Below, one piece after another: positions 1 through 12,506 of a stretch of 64,000 bases of DNA. Location: contig CATNEN010000038.1 in assembly GCA_950097015.1 (NCBI GenBank), positions 27,838,001-27,902,000 on the forward strand, written 5' to 3'. A program made the translations under genes and the position numbers. Each line of letters opens with the position of its first letter. The stretch's first letter is position 1. The notes under the pieces are model-generated. The model was given only the letters and a program-made list of their open reading frames with translations. It made no database searches and was not told the origin of the DNA. The stretch is from Macrostomum hystrix (lineage: Eukaryota > Animalia > Platyhelminthes).

Positions 1-26
1 TAAATGTAGTTTGTTGTGTCCAGTTT

Positions 27-745
27 TGGGATCTAAGATTCTGATTTAGGGATCTGGGATTCTGATTTAGGCATCTAAGATTCTGATTTAGGGATCTGGA
101 ATTCTGATTTAGGGATCTGGGATTCTGATTTAGGGATCTGGGATTCTGATTTTGGGATCTGGGATTCTGATTTGGGGATCTGGGATTCAGATTTAGGGAT
201 CTGGAATTCTGATTTAGGGATCTGGGATTCTGATTTAGGGATCTGGAATTCTGATTTCGGGATATGGGATTCAGATTTGGGGATCTGGGATTCAGATTTG
301 GGGATCTGGAATTCTGATTTAGGGATCTGGGATTGCGATTTGGGGATCTGGGATTCAGATATTGGGATCTGGGATTCTGATTTGGTTATCTGGGATTCTG
401 ATTCGAGGATCTGCGATTCTATTAAGGGATCTGGGATTCCATTTTGGCGATCTGGGATTCCGATTTGGGGAACTGGGATTCGATTAGGAGATCCGATTTT
501 CGATTTGGGGATCTGGGATTCAGATTTGGGAATCTAGGATTCTTATTTGGGTATCTGGGATTCAGATTTGGGAATCTAGGATTCTGATTTGGGGATCTAG
601 GATTCTGATTTCGGGATCTAGGATTCTGATTTTGGGATCTGGGATTCCAATTTGAGGATCTGGGATTCCGATTTGGGGATCTGGGATTCCTTTTAAGGGA
701 TCTGGGATTCCTTTTTAGGGATCTGGGATTCCGATATGGATTCCC
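27..745. repeat. Minisatellite, ~21-bp unit (gggatctgggattctgattta) built from 7-mers
   Basis: Direct tandem repetition; ORFs 172..537 and 422..754 only translate the unit. Confidence 0.95.
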
Positions 746-1094
746 AATATTCAAATATATTACCTGAGATTTTTTTATTTAGTTATGAGAAGCTTGAAGT
801 GCTTCCCAATGGATGCTAAAATATATCAATTGCGGATATTTTACGTTGCCTCTTGCCTAGTTCCCAAGCGCTGACTCAAACATTCGCGCCTTCATTGTTC
901 ATTGTGATTAATGTCTTTAGTGCACTACGCGCCATATGATTCTATGAAAGTTATAAAACATCGGAAACAGCAGCTCAATCAAATAGGAATGTCCATCCAT
1001 TTAAATACCTGCGTGCTCTCTATTTTTACTGATTATTAAGGAAACTAAAACGTAGTTAAAATTTATATTATAAAGTACATTGTCACGAGTTGAC

Positions 1095-1505
1095 TTGGGA
1101 TCTTTACAAGATCTAGGATCAAGATCTGTGATTTTCAGATATGGGAACTTTAGATCTGGGATCTTTAGATCTAGGATATTTAGTATTGGGATCTTTAGTA
1201 CTGGGATCATTAGTACTGGGATCTTTAGATCTGGGATCTTTAGATCTAGGATATTTAGTATTGGGATCTTTAGTACTGGGATCATTAGTATTGGGATCTT
1301 TAGATCTGGGATCTTTAGTACTGGGATCTTTAGATCTGGGATCTTTAGTACTGGGATCTTTAGTGCTGGGATCTTTAGTACTGAGATCTTTAGTATTGGG
1401 ATCTTTAGTACTAGGATCTTTACTACTGGGATCTTTAGTACTGGGATCTTTAGTACTGGGATCTTTACTACTGGGATCTATAGTACTGGGATCTTTAGAT
1501 TCGGA
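1095..1505. repeat. Minisatellite, 15-bp unit (ctgggatctttagta)
   Basis: Direct tandem repetition. Confidence 0.95.
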
Positions 1506-2099
1506 ATATTTAGGTATTGAGATAATACGAGCGTATATTAGTTATGGATTAGTCGTGGATTAGCCAAATCCCATGGACCGGAAAGCGGCAAGCATCTATT
1601 AGCGAACCAATCTCAGAGCGTGACTGTTATTAACCTGCCTCACATCCCGAATAAAAAAAGAACAATAATTTTGGGGATAAAACTATTGCCATTTCAATCG
1701 TTGTTAGATTAGATAGTCATTTCTAGCCTAAAACAATGTAGATTATTCCTGTTTTTTTACAAGCATCCATTTGATATTTTTTGGTTGGTAGAGACACTGC
1801 AGTCAGTTCCCTGTGTGACCGCTTGAAGCCTAGGGGTTTGAGTCAACTTTGCTTTGAGTATGCAGAGTGTGTGTTTTGTCTGCTGCTGGGGGCAAATGAT
1901 CTGCATGGCCTACAGAACCTGGCGTGCAGCTCATATTTTTTATAGCCATCATCCCATCGCTCATGCTTAACTCTATAGATGTCCCTGCTACTACAGCACA
2001 GGCCTCTCTGCCTCTTTGTCTCCATCTCCCTCTCTCATCATCGCTTTTTCTCCTCCTTCTCTTTATCTAACTCACCCTTTTTGTCTCTCTATTTCTCCT

Positions 2100-2465
2100 T
2101 ATCACACTCTTCTCATCTCACTCTTATTATCCCATTATTCTCATCTCACTCTTCTCATCTCACTCTTCTTATCTCACTCTTCTTATCCCATTATTCTCAT
2201 CTCACTCTTCTTATCCCATTATTCTCATCTCACTCTTCTTATCCCATTATTCTCATCTCACTCTTCTTATCCCATTATTCTCATCTCACTCTTCTTATCT
2301 CGCTCTTCTTATCACAATCTTCTCATCTCACTCTTCTTATCCCATTATTCTCATCTCACTCTTCTTATCCCATTATTCTCATCTCACTCTTCTTATCCCA
2401 TTATTCTCATCTCACTCTTCTTATCCCATTATTCTCATCTCACTATTCTTATCTCGCTCTTCATA
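2100..2465. repeat. Pyrimidine-rich minisatellite, ~27-bp unit (tctcatctcactcttcttatcccatta)
   Basis: Direct tandem repetition. Confidence 0.93.
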
Positions 2466-3542
2466 CTTCATTCTCCTATGCTAACTTTGCTTGTCTCTCT
2501 CTCATTTTGTTTATGAGATAAGCCTTCTTATCTCACTTAGTCTCCCCTAGTTCTATTTATCTCACTGTCTTTATCTCACTCTGTCTGTCTCTCTCTCTCT
2601 CTCTTATTCTCTCCCGTTCTCTATAATTCTCTCCTCTATGTCTCCCCCCTTCCTTAGTCGTGTACAGCGGCAGTGCCAATAATTCCACTGAAACGTGATC
2701 AACCAATCAGCAATAAGCTATGCTCCCCAGACGAACATCACCAACAATCTATAAATTTTAATCCATTGTATAAAATACGACAACCGCAGGCCATCCAGTA
2801 AAGAACCGATTCGTTTTATTTCTCGATATTACGCAGAAACTTCTTTCAAAAGAAGCAAAAATCATTGCCGTTTGTCCGACACAGCTTTAGCAAAGTTTTC
2901 TAACCCTTTGCTCGGTAAATATTCTGTCACACTGCCCTGTTTAAACTGAAAACACGGCTAGTATAAGTTTTAAAAAACATTCTATCTGCAAACGCATGAT
3001 TGATTCTTGGTAACTGTTACCGCTAACTACTGTTGCTGCTGTTGCTAATTTTGCAACGATTCAGTTTCTGAACTGTTATTGTAACTTAACCTACGCTGTC
3101 AGCTGTTATTTTTTGCTGCTAAAAACTACACCAATGATTTATTATTAACTATAGCATGCATATCTGAACAGTCTATTAGGTAAGGGTGAGACAGTTAAGA
3201 GACTTCAAATTTGTCCCCATCAACCAGTGCCATGCTTGTGTCATAATTCACGCAGAAACTTTCCGTCATACACTGAAAAATAACGAATATCGAGTCCACG
3301 ATAGCGCGTTTCATCTAGGATAGACTATACCAAACTATATTGAATAGTATTTTTAGTATTTCAGTATCCTGGTATTTTTGGTATCTTTAATTTATCATTT
3401 TATACTTTCTTTAATTGCCTTCGTAGTTCTCTCTCTATTTCTAACTTTTATTCGTGATTTCTGAACAAACTACTTTAAGTAGGCATATAAGCTAATTCAT
3501 TAAATTATAATTCAAATCGCTTTACCTGTTTTAGAGGACGCA

Positions 3543-3593
3543 ATGGCCCATTTTGTTCATCGGGCCCTACTTACCGAGAACATCCAGCAGCAA

Positions 3594-3670
<77 letters not shown>

Positions 3671-3676
3671 GCAACA

Positions 3677-3708
<32 letters not shown>

Positions 3709-3837
3709 CAAAGTCGGTTGGTTGGGCCCGAATATTTAAGCATAGACGGAGTTTGGCAATGGGCCTAGTGAGAACAGACTCAGTCCAGGGCAGCTTGGCT
3801 TCATCGACTCAAATCGGCAGCGTCGCTGGGGGAAGCG
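3543..3837 (+). CDS. Probable 5' coding exon with ~41-Gln tract, possibly the N-terminus of the Kv channel gene
   Basis: ATG shortly after a tttttag acceptor; CAG/CAA run 3585-3707; donor g|gtgaga at 3837/3838. Its phase 1 does not directly match acceptors at 5421/5426, so linkage is unresolved. Confidence 0.5.
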
Positions 3838-3867
3838 GTGAGAGAGATGCTTCATGTACTTCTGTGG

Positions 3868-4098
3868 AGTGAACCATCTATTGTGTGTGTGTGTATTGGG
3901 ATCTGTGAAGTGAACCATCTATTGTGTGTGTGTGTATTGGGATTTGTGAAGTGAACCATCTATTGTGTGTGTGTATTGGGATCTGTGAAGTGAACCATCT
4001 ATTGTGTGTGTGTGTGTCTTGGGATCTGTGAAGTGAATCATCTATTGTGTGTGTGTCTTGGTATCTGTGCTGCGGAGTGAACCATCTATTGTGTGTGT
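3868..4098. repeat. ~42-bp minisatellite containing (tg)n
   Basis: gtgaaccatctattgtgtgt...gggatctgtgaa repeated about 6 times. Confidence 0.9.
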
Positions 4099-4606
4099 AC
4101 CTTCCATCTTTGCCACATATACTTTCTCTGACCTGTACTTACAATATTTTTATATTATTTCACTCTGAATCTGATTGCCTACCATTATCTGCCCTCTTGT
4201 TCTCTCTCTCAGCGGCATGAATTCCGACAGTAGATGAATGATTTCAGCTTCATCAGCCAATCGCAGGCAGGTCATAGAAAGCCATCCTGCCACCCTTACC
4301 CTGCTGTCTGTCTGTCTGCAACTTTTCAGTCTGCAATAGAGCATAAAATGAATGCACACCACATGGAATATGCCTTTAACAACTAAATTGATTCGCGTCT
4401 AGTATTTGTTACTTCTATTTGATTTAAATATAGGTCTTCCCGCATTCCGATCTTTATTCTGATCGATTCGAGCGAAATTTGGACCATAATTAAATTTTAG
4501 CGCAACAACCGGATAGAATTTTAATGAACTTTAAGTCGACGTCAGTGCGAAGGACTGGTACCCGCATTTTGGCTTGCATTTTCATTGTTCATTCTGTGAT
4601 TATAAT

Positions 4607-5380
4607 TGATCGATGTGTCTAGATAGGTCATCGATGTGTTAAAACGGTCATTGATGCGTCTAAATATGTCATTGGTGTGTCTAAATAGATCATCGATGCG
4701 TTAAAATGGTCATCGATGTGTCTAAATAGGTCATCGATATGTTAAAATTGTCATTGGTGTGACTAATAGGTCATTGGTGTGTCTAAATAGATCATTGTAG
4801 TGTTTAAATAGGCCACCATGTGTCTGAATACGTCATCGATGGGTCAAAAGAGGTCATTAGTGTATCTAAAATGGTCATGGTGTGTCTAATCATCGGTTGT
4901 GTCTAAATAGGTCATTGGTGTGTCTAATCATCGGTTGTGTCTAAATAGGTCATTGGTGTGTCTAATCATCGGTTGTGTCTAAATAGGTCATTGGTGTGTC
5001 TAAATAGGTCATTGGTGTGTCTAATCATCGGTTGTGTCTAAATAGGTCATTGGTGTGTCTAATCATCGGTTGTGTCTAAATAGGTCATTGGTGTGTCTAA
5101 TCATCGGTTGTGTCTAAATAGGTCATTGGTGTGTCTAATCATCGGTTGTGTCTAAATAGGTCATTGGTGTGTCTAATCATCGGTTGTGTCTAAATAGGTC
5201 ATTGGTGTGTCTAAATAGATCATTGTAGTGTTTAAATAGGCCACCATGTGTCTGAATACGTCATCGATGGGTCAAAAGAGGTCATTAGTGTATCTAAAAT
5301 GGTCATGGTGTGTCTAATCATCGGTTGTGTCTAAATAGGTCATTGGAGTGACTAAATAAGTCATGGATGGGTCTAAATAA
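4607..5380. repeat. Minisatellite (ggtcattggtgtgtctaaata / aatcatcggttgtgtcta)
   Basis: Degenerate then homogeneous tandem units. Confidence 0.9.
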
Positions 5381-5425
5381 GGCATGAAAAAGTCAGGAGA
5401 GATGTACACACCTGTTTGAGCTCAG

Positions 5426-8400
5426 GAGTCATGGGAAAATTGGCGGAATCACTGCAAATATCATTATCTTAGGAGGCCTTCTCGGCCGAAACCACAAGCA
5501 GCAGCAGCAGCCGCAGCAGCAGCAGCCGCAGCAGCAGCAGCCGCAGCAGCAGTCATCGTCGCTAACAGACTCCCAGCGACAGCAGCTTCTGGATTTAAGC
5601 AGGACAGATTTTGAAAATCTGCACTTTATCGATGAAAACTCGATGGCCTGCGGCGAATCGCTCGACATGGACAGTCTGGACGTTCTTGGAATTGTCCGAT
5701 TGAACATCAGCGGCACCCGCTTCGAGGTGAAAAAATATCTGAAACTATTAGTTACATTTTTTGCTCCATCTATAAAAAAAATTCTACTATATTTGTAAAG
5801 AAACTTTTGTTTAACTGCAGGTGCTGCATGGAACGCTGCTTAAACAGCGCTACGTCTACGACAAGCTAATGCACGACGGAATATACAGGGCCCCACAGCA
5901 AGAGTATTACTTTGACCGCGATCCGGACATTTTCAACATTGTACTGTGGTACTGCAGATACGGTCTGTCCCTCTGTTGATGCGAAACTTGCTGATAAATT
6001 AGAAATTCGGTCTATGAATTCAATGACTCCTATAAATTGGTCATTAGAACACTTATTTAAATTGATGATTGAATAAGTATAACAAATTAGTAATAATATT
6101 ATTTGATTGAATGAATAATTAATCAATTAAATCAACTAGTTTGGTTTTCTAATTAAATGGTTTGTTTAGATAAGCCAGGGGTAGGCAAACTTATTTGCTG
6201 GCGGGCCAAAGAGAGAGCCTAAAAGACGACAGCGGGCCGCATTGACTGTATAAATATGAGATAGGGGAGAGATGTGACACGGGAGAGATGAGACACGGGA
6301 GAGATGAGACACAGGAAAGATGGGACACGAGAGAGATGAGACACGGGAGAGATTAGACACGGGAGAGATTAGACACGGGAGAGATTAGACACGGGAGAGA
6401 TTAGACACGGGAGAGATTAGACACGGGAGAGATTAGATACAGGAGAGATGAGACGCGAGACAGATGAAACAAGACACTGTAGATGTCAGAAGGGGCAACG
6501 GGCCGGATTTGGGAGCTTCGAGGGCCGCATCTGGCCCGCGGGCCGGAGTTTGCCGACCCCTGAGATAAGCCATCTAAATTAGATAATTATATGAGTCACT
6601 ATACATACTAATAATAATAATAATTGCAGGAGGGCTGCGGGCAGTGGCACATCATTTGGTGTCACTAGATCAGCAGCCAGCGAGGAGGCAATTCTGCCCA
6701 TTTCGCTGACTCCTGAGCACACACTCACACAGGTGTGTACATCTGCCCTGACTTTCTCATCGCCAGGCAGTGTACACTCTCATTGTGCCTTGGAGGTTGG
6801 CCCTCAAGGGCGTAAATTGCACTACAAGCCCTCAAAGCCCTCTCTCCGCGGCTTTTAGAGCTCGAATCGAACTCTGGAATCGAACTTAGGGACCTTGGTG
6901 CTAGAGACAGACGCGTTAACCGCTCTGCCACCGACCCGAGATGAGTCACTGACATTTTGTGAGTCACCTAAAATGGTCATTAGATAAGACACCCAATTAA
7001 GTCAGCGCTTACAAGACGCTAACATTGGTCATACGATAATCACCTAAATGAGTCATTTGATAAGTCTCCTCAATGCGTCGCCGGACACCTGTTCTCAGGT
7101 GAGCTGCACGTGCCTCATCATTATTGCGGTCCCCTGCTCGAACGCGAGTTGGCCCTCTGGGGCATCCAATCGGCCATAGAGATTCAAAACTGCTGCGTTA
7201 GTCACGTGATGGACACCAAGAGCAGATTGGTCAGCTTAAAGAAGTTTGAAAACTTCTTCAAAGAAGAGATGGAAAATGAGCCGCTGTTAATACCTACTGA
7301 TCAGGAATTTGAGGAGCAAAATCTGTTGCAGGATCTGCAGAAATCACACGGTGAGTGGCGCCATTACAATTGCCGAATCCCAGATCCTAAACCCCAGATC
7401 CAGAGTCCCAGACCCCTAATCCCAGATTTCAAATCCCAAATCACAGATCCCGAATCACAGTGCCCGAATCACAGAGCCCGAATCACAGATCCCAAATCAC
7501 AGACCCCAAATCGCAGATCCCAAATGCCAAATCCAAAATCCAAAATTCAAAATCCTTGACATCATAATATCCAGATCTTAAATTACAGACTCTAAATTCC
7601 AGATTGCAAGTCCCAGATCCCAGATCCCAAATCCCAGATCCCAAATCCCAGATCCCAAATCCCAGATCCCAAATCCCAGATCCCAAATCCCAGATCCCAA
7701 ATCCCAAATCCCAAATCCTAAATCCCAGATCCCAAATCCCAAATCGAAAATCCCAATCTGTTTTTCTACCTAGATTTTAGCTAATCAATATGAATACCGT
7801 AGCCCTTATACAACTACCCTGCAGGCTGGCATAAGCGTGTCAAGGAGGCCCTGATAGCGCTGCGTCGTCGGTGCTGGAAGATCCTGGATCATCCGTCGTC
7901 CAGTTTTCCAGCAGCTGTGTACGCTGTCCTGTTGAGCATAACGGTGCTGTACACAGTATTCAGCTTCGTAGCCAGCACCTCGGAGCACTTTCAACGCCTG
8001 CTGACATCCCAGGAGGTAGCATTCTACTCGGCAAAGCATCCGTCATGGTACGGCAACCACACGGACGGTAGATCGCGCATCAAGGTCGACTGGCTAATTT
8101 TCCCGGATTGGATCGCATTCGGCGTTCTCACATTCGACTTTGTAGTTCGCCTGTTGTGCTGCAGGAATAAACTGGCCTACTTTCGCAACAATTACACCAT
8201 CATCGACCTGCTGTCAATTCTGCCGTTCTATTTAAACGAAATATTAAAAGTCTGCTTCGGAATTATTGAATTTTCCGATAGCAGCAATTTTGGCCTACCT
8301 GAATACATCGCCTTTGTGAAGATCACACTGTTTATGCGGCTGTTGAGAATCGGCCGGCACTACCGCGGCCTACAGGTGCTGATCTACACACTGCGCACCT

Positions 8401-10844
8401 CGCTCAGGGATCTCATGCTGATGGGCGTGTTCGTGGCTCTTGGCACCCTGCTGTTCAGTACGCTGATCTTCTTCTGCGAGAAGGCCCGCTCGGAGGGTCA
8501 TCAGATTGGCGCAGACGATTGCTCAAAATGCGCCAAAGGTCAGGGCGCAGAGAATCGCTTCATGTCCATGTTTGACGGCTTCTGGTGGTCACTGGTTACC
8601 ATGACAACCGTTGGCTACGGCGACCTGGTGCCGCAGACAAACGCCGGTTAGTGGGGCCTTGTGGATTAATCCAGAGATTGGTGATTAGATTCCGATTGGG
8701 TAGTAAATAAGTCGCGGTATTAGGCATGCGATCTAGTTGGTGATTCTGTGAATTTATCACCGGATAGGTCAGTTGGGTCAGAGTATGGGTCAGAGGATGG
8801 GTCAGAGTATGGGTCAGAGGATGGGTCAGAGGATGGGTCAGAGGATGGGTCAGTGAATTTTTTTGTCATTGGATAGGTCACAAGCTTGTCTTTAACTCCA
8901 GCAAAGCGTCTAGTAATTATAATAGCTAGATAATTTATTTGACAAGAAAACGAATAGTCGTATTTTTTTAGAATTCAAACGACAGATGTCACTATTTAAA
9001 CAAACCGCATAATTTAGAGTGCAGTTCCACGCTAAAATAACACCGGAAAATGAGATTGTAGATAAACAAACAAATGCCTATTTTAGGGTTTTCTTCGACT
9101 TGAATGCAAAACTGGGAATAATGGTACAGACCAATAATTAGGATCACAAGGATTTTGTCTGGCTTTCCTAGAAAGGCGACACCAGCTGTCTCCGTCTAAC
9201 AAAATGTTATAAAAAGAGAAATGTTTTCCTTTGCTTTTTTACAGCAAACCGAAAGCCTAATGGGATGCAATATTATAATCTTTGCATGGATACAAAATTA
9301 CCTGCTTGGCCTTCGGTGGGGTCGATCTTAGTCTCCTTGGTCGAAGGATTTCAGCGCAGTTCTGGTGTCGATCAAGCATTTTCTAGGAAAATAGGATTTC
9401 AAGTACGAAGAAAGAGTTTTCGGGAGGAAAAAACTGGCCAGTCACCTAGGCGATTGTCTTGAAACTGGAATCGAAAATAATTGCTATTCCTAGAAATGAA
9501 AAGTAGTTGCGAGAAAGAATAGGACCAAAAACGAATTTCTTGTTGTAAAATGATTTTAGTGTTTTTATCGTTAAACTAGTGCCAGCAAGTAAGTGCGCCC
9601 TGCATTTACTAAATACACGCGACATTAGAAAACAGTTTGTTTGCGACAAAAAGTGTAGTTACAGTAAAAAAATATTTTTACTCAGGATATTAAGTAGTCT
9701 GTAGGCTCTGAGAAATGGCACATCGTTTGGTGACACTGGACCCAATTCTGCCCATCTCGCTGACTCCTGAGCACACACGCACACATATACTGTACGCAGG
9801 CACACGCTCACACAGGTGTGTACATCTGGCCTGACTTTCTCATCGTCAGGCGGTGTACATTTTGTACATTTCTCTCCGCGGCTGCGTCCCAAATAAATGT
9901 GGCCTCGCCGCGGAATCGAGCTTAGGGACCTTGGTGCGAGAGGAAAACGCGCTAACCACACTCTGCCACGGACCCCCCGAGTATAAACTTAAACGAGCAC
10001 TTAAAATAAATTCTACGAGCAAAGTTTTTAGAGAATTTAAGCAGCTACTGGTTAGAAGTAGTAATTTTAAGTAAAGTTTTAATAATTTTTTGTGCGAACG
10101 AATAGTTACTATATCATACAAGATAGTGCAAGTCGTAACTAGAAGATATGAGTAGATTCACGGAAAACGAGTAGGCACTCGTGAGTGTGGGTATTTACCA
10201 GTAAATTAAACTAGTTACTAGTGAATGCGAGTTTTTACTAGTCAATATAAGTAGTTACGAGCGAAAAAACTAAAAATTTTTATTAAAAATGATCTCGTAA
10301 GGAAAAATTCGAGCTTTACTACTGACGGCGAGTAGTGTCCTATTACAAATTGTAATAAGGATGGACTTTAACTCCGCCACCCTCAGGTCGCATCGTTGGT
10401 TCAGCCTGCGCCCTGAGCGGCCTCCTATTAATCGCCTTCACAGTGCCGATCCTAGTGAATCATTTCATGCTGTACTACTCGCACTCACAGATCGTACACG
10501 TGTCACGCAGCTCCGTACAGGAGTACGCCACCAAAGCCCTATTAGCCAAGGTGAATTCGTTCGCTGGTGGCAAAGTCAAGCGAATGAGAAAGCTAGTAGC
10601 CGAGGGCGCCAGCCAGGCCACCAGCCGGTCGCAGCAGCTCGGCAGGTCCTACTGGAAGAGGCGACTGTGGCGCGGCCGATTCACCAGGCCTCAACAGAAG
10701 CAGCAGCAGCAGCAGCAGCAGCAGCCGGATGACCAGCTCAGAGAGGTGGTCACCGATAGCGAAGATTTTGAGCTGCAGTTAACTGGTCAACTACCAGAGG
10801 AAACACCGTTAGAATTCGATAGAGGCAACGAAGCCAGGATGTGA
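5426..10844 (+). CDS. Voltage-gated potassium channel, Shaw/Kv3-like. Exons ~5426-5726, 5821-5962, 7099-7350, 7825-8646, 10387-10844
   Basis: Spliced T1 domain IVRLNISGTRFE/...EYYFDRDPDIFNIVLWY/GELHVPHHYCGPLLERELALWGI...QNCC with an HX5C..CC Zn motif; S1-S5; pore FWWSLVTMTTVGYGD; S6 GRIVGSACALSGLLLIAFTVPILVNHF. All four introns are GT-AG and phase-consistent. 5' end uncertain. Confidence 0.93.
6176..6562. mobile_element. Non-autonomous hAT-type MITE with internal 16-bp minisatellite
   Basis: TIRs caggggtaggcaaact / agtttgccgacccctg; 8-bp TSD agataagc at 6168-6175 and 6563-6570; internal gagagattagacacgg array. Confidence 0.88.
6601..6940 (-). mobile_element. tRNA-derived SINE, family A
   Basis: Minus strand has A-box TGGCAGAGCGG, B-box-like AGTTCGATTCC and an (ATT)n tail; 10-bp TSD atgagtcact at 6591-6600 and 6941-6950; homologous copies elsewhere in the window. 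Confidence 0.88.
7375..7757. repeat. Intronic 7-bp-based repeat (cccagat/cccaaat)
   Basis: Tandem units, reverse-complement related to the array at 27-745. Confidence 0.9.
8775..8853. repeat. 12-bp tandem repeat (gggtcagaggat)
   Basis: About 6 units. Confidence 0.85.
9712..9978 (-). mobile_element. SINE family A copy (degenerate)
   Basis: Shares ggcacatc...gctgactcctgagcacac...ctgactttctcatcg...aaataaatgtggcctc...gaatcgagct with other copies. Confidence 0.85.
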
Positions 10845-10957
10845 CGATGGAACTGTCTGTTGCGATAGCAACCGTGCTTAAAGATTCGATTTAAAAAAAA
10901 TATTTTTTTCGTCTCTACGTGAAAAACTTCGGCACAAAAAGTGGGAAATAAAAAAAA

Positions 10958-11283
10958 ATTGAGGCTCCTGGCACATCATTTGGTGAAAGTGACCATTCTG
11001 CCCATTCCGCTGACTTCTGAGCACACGTCTAGATACTGTACGCAGGCACACCCTCACACAAGTGTGTTCATCCCATCTGACTTTCTCATCGTCAGATGTA
11101 CACGTCAGGCAGTGTACACTCTCACTGTGCCTTGGAGGTTGGCCCTTAAGGGCGCATTGCACGACAAGCCCCCCGGGTCTTCTCTTCGCGGCTGCGCCCC
11201 AAATAAATGTGGCCTCACCGCGGAATCGAGCTCAGGGACCGTGCGAGACGCAAACGCGTTATACCGCTCTGCCACTCAACTCT
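10958..11283 (-). mobile_element. SINE family A copy downstream of Kv stop codon
   Basis: Near full-length homology to 38005-38370, including the A/B-box head. Confidence 0.87.
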
Positions 11284-12074
11284 TGAAACCTTCATTTCCG
11301 GATTTTTGTCATCCGAATTAAAAAATTTCAGAATTTATTACTTTTTTCAAGTTCCGGGTTTTTTTAATTCCTGAAACACAAACCGGCAGTTACTTACTTT
11401 AATAAACTGAAAATAAATTTCTCATCAAAACTATGATCGTCCGTACATGTCTGTTTGCCTGTATGACACTTGGCTATAAAATTGTTTTGTTTTATCAGAT
11501 GTAACTCAATAATTGTGCTCCGATGCTTTATTTAAGGATACAATATTCTGTTCGTCTCGATTTCATCATTCTGATATTTTTCTAAACCATTTCTTTTTCG
11601 TCATTAAATTATGTATCTCACAGTTTGCTTATCGTGTCTTTCTGTTGTGACTAATAATGGTTTTTATTTTACGCCACTGTGTCTGCTCAATATGATGATG
11701 TTAGCCGTCTCGACATATTATTCAAAATGCTCATAATACTACTGTAAAGAGTGCATGCGAAAAGTGTTCAAGCGTTTAAGAGATTAAAGAAAAATAATTA
11801 GTTATGCAAAATCGGTTTTGTCTGACCATGTATAATCGTGAATTCCACGTACTACATTCAGAAAGTTAAAACCAATCTACGAGTACAATCATTTTTGTCT
11901 CTTGAAGTACATCTTCCCGCTGTGGACTAACCATGGAAATTACGTGGGTTTCCCACGGACTTGCCTCTAGGCTGCTGAACAAATGAACAGCAATAACTCT
12001 GCTGATAAAGTACAAGTTTCGAGTGTACTCAACTCAATGTGCTTCTATAAGAAATTCGGTACTAATAGCCCCAC

Positions 12075-12160
12075 TGCGACAGGTGCGTGCATCTATCCTG
12101 ACTTCTCATCGAGCGGCAGTGTACCCTCTCACTAGGGTGCCTTGTGAATCGGCCTTATAC
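12075..12160 (-). mobile_element. SINE family A remnant
   Basis: ctgacttctcatcg...ggcagtgtaccctctcact...gtgccttg matches the SINE body. Confidence 0.6.
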
Positions 12161-12506
12161 GAGAAGTTACGAGTAGCTGAAATAATCGAAAAGTTCAGTT
12201 TTTTGTCTGATCTCCGTGAACAACTTTTTATTTAATTCACAATATGCTATCACGGAGGCAATATAAAAATATAATATTACATTTTAGATTGGTTCGTCCG
12301 AAACTAAAAAAAGAAACTAAATTGTGACTAAATGTGATCAACTTTGAATCAATTCGCCGAAAAGTAGTCAACTAGACTGTTTGCCAATTCTTGAGCAATT
12401 CGAAGCCTTTGAGCTGTCTGAAAAAAAGATTAAATGAAGAATGAGCTTTTTGTTTGATTGCTTAAAAAATTTTCGTATAAATAATTTTAAAACATTTTTT
12501 GAAAAT

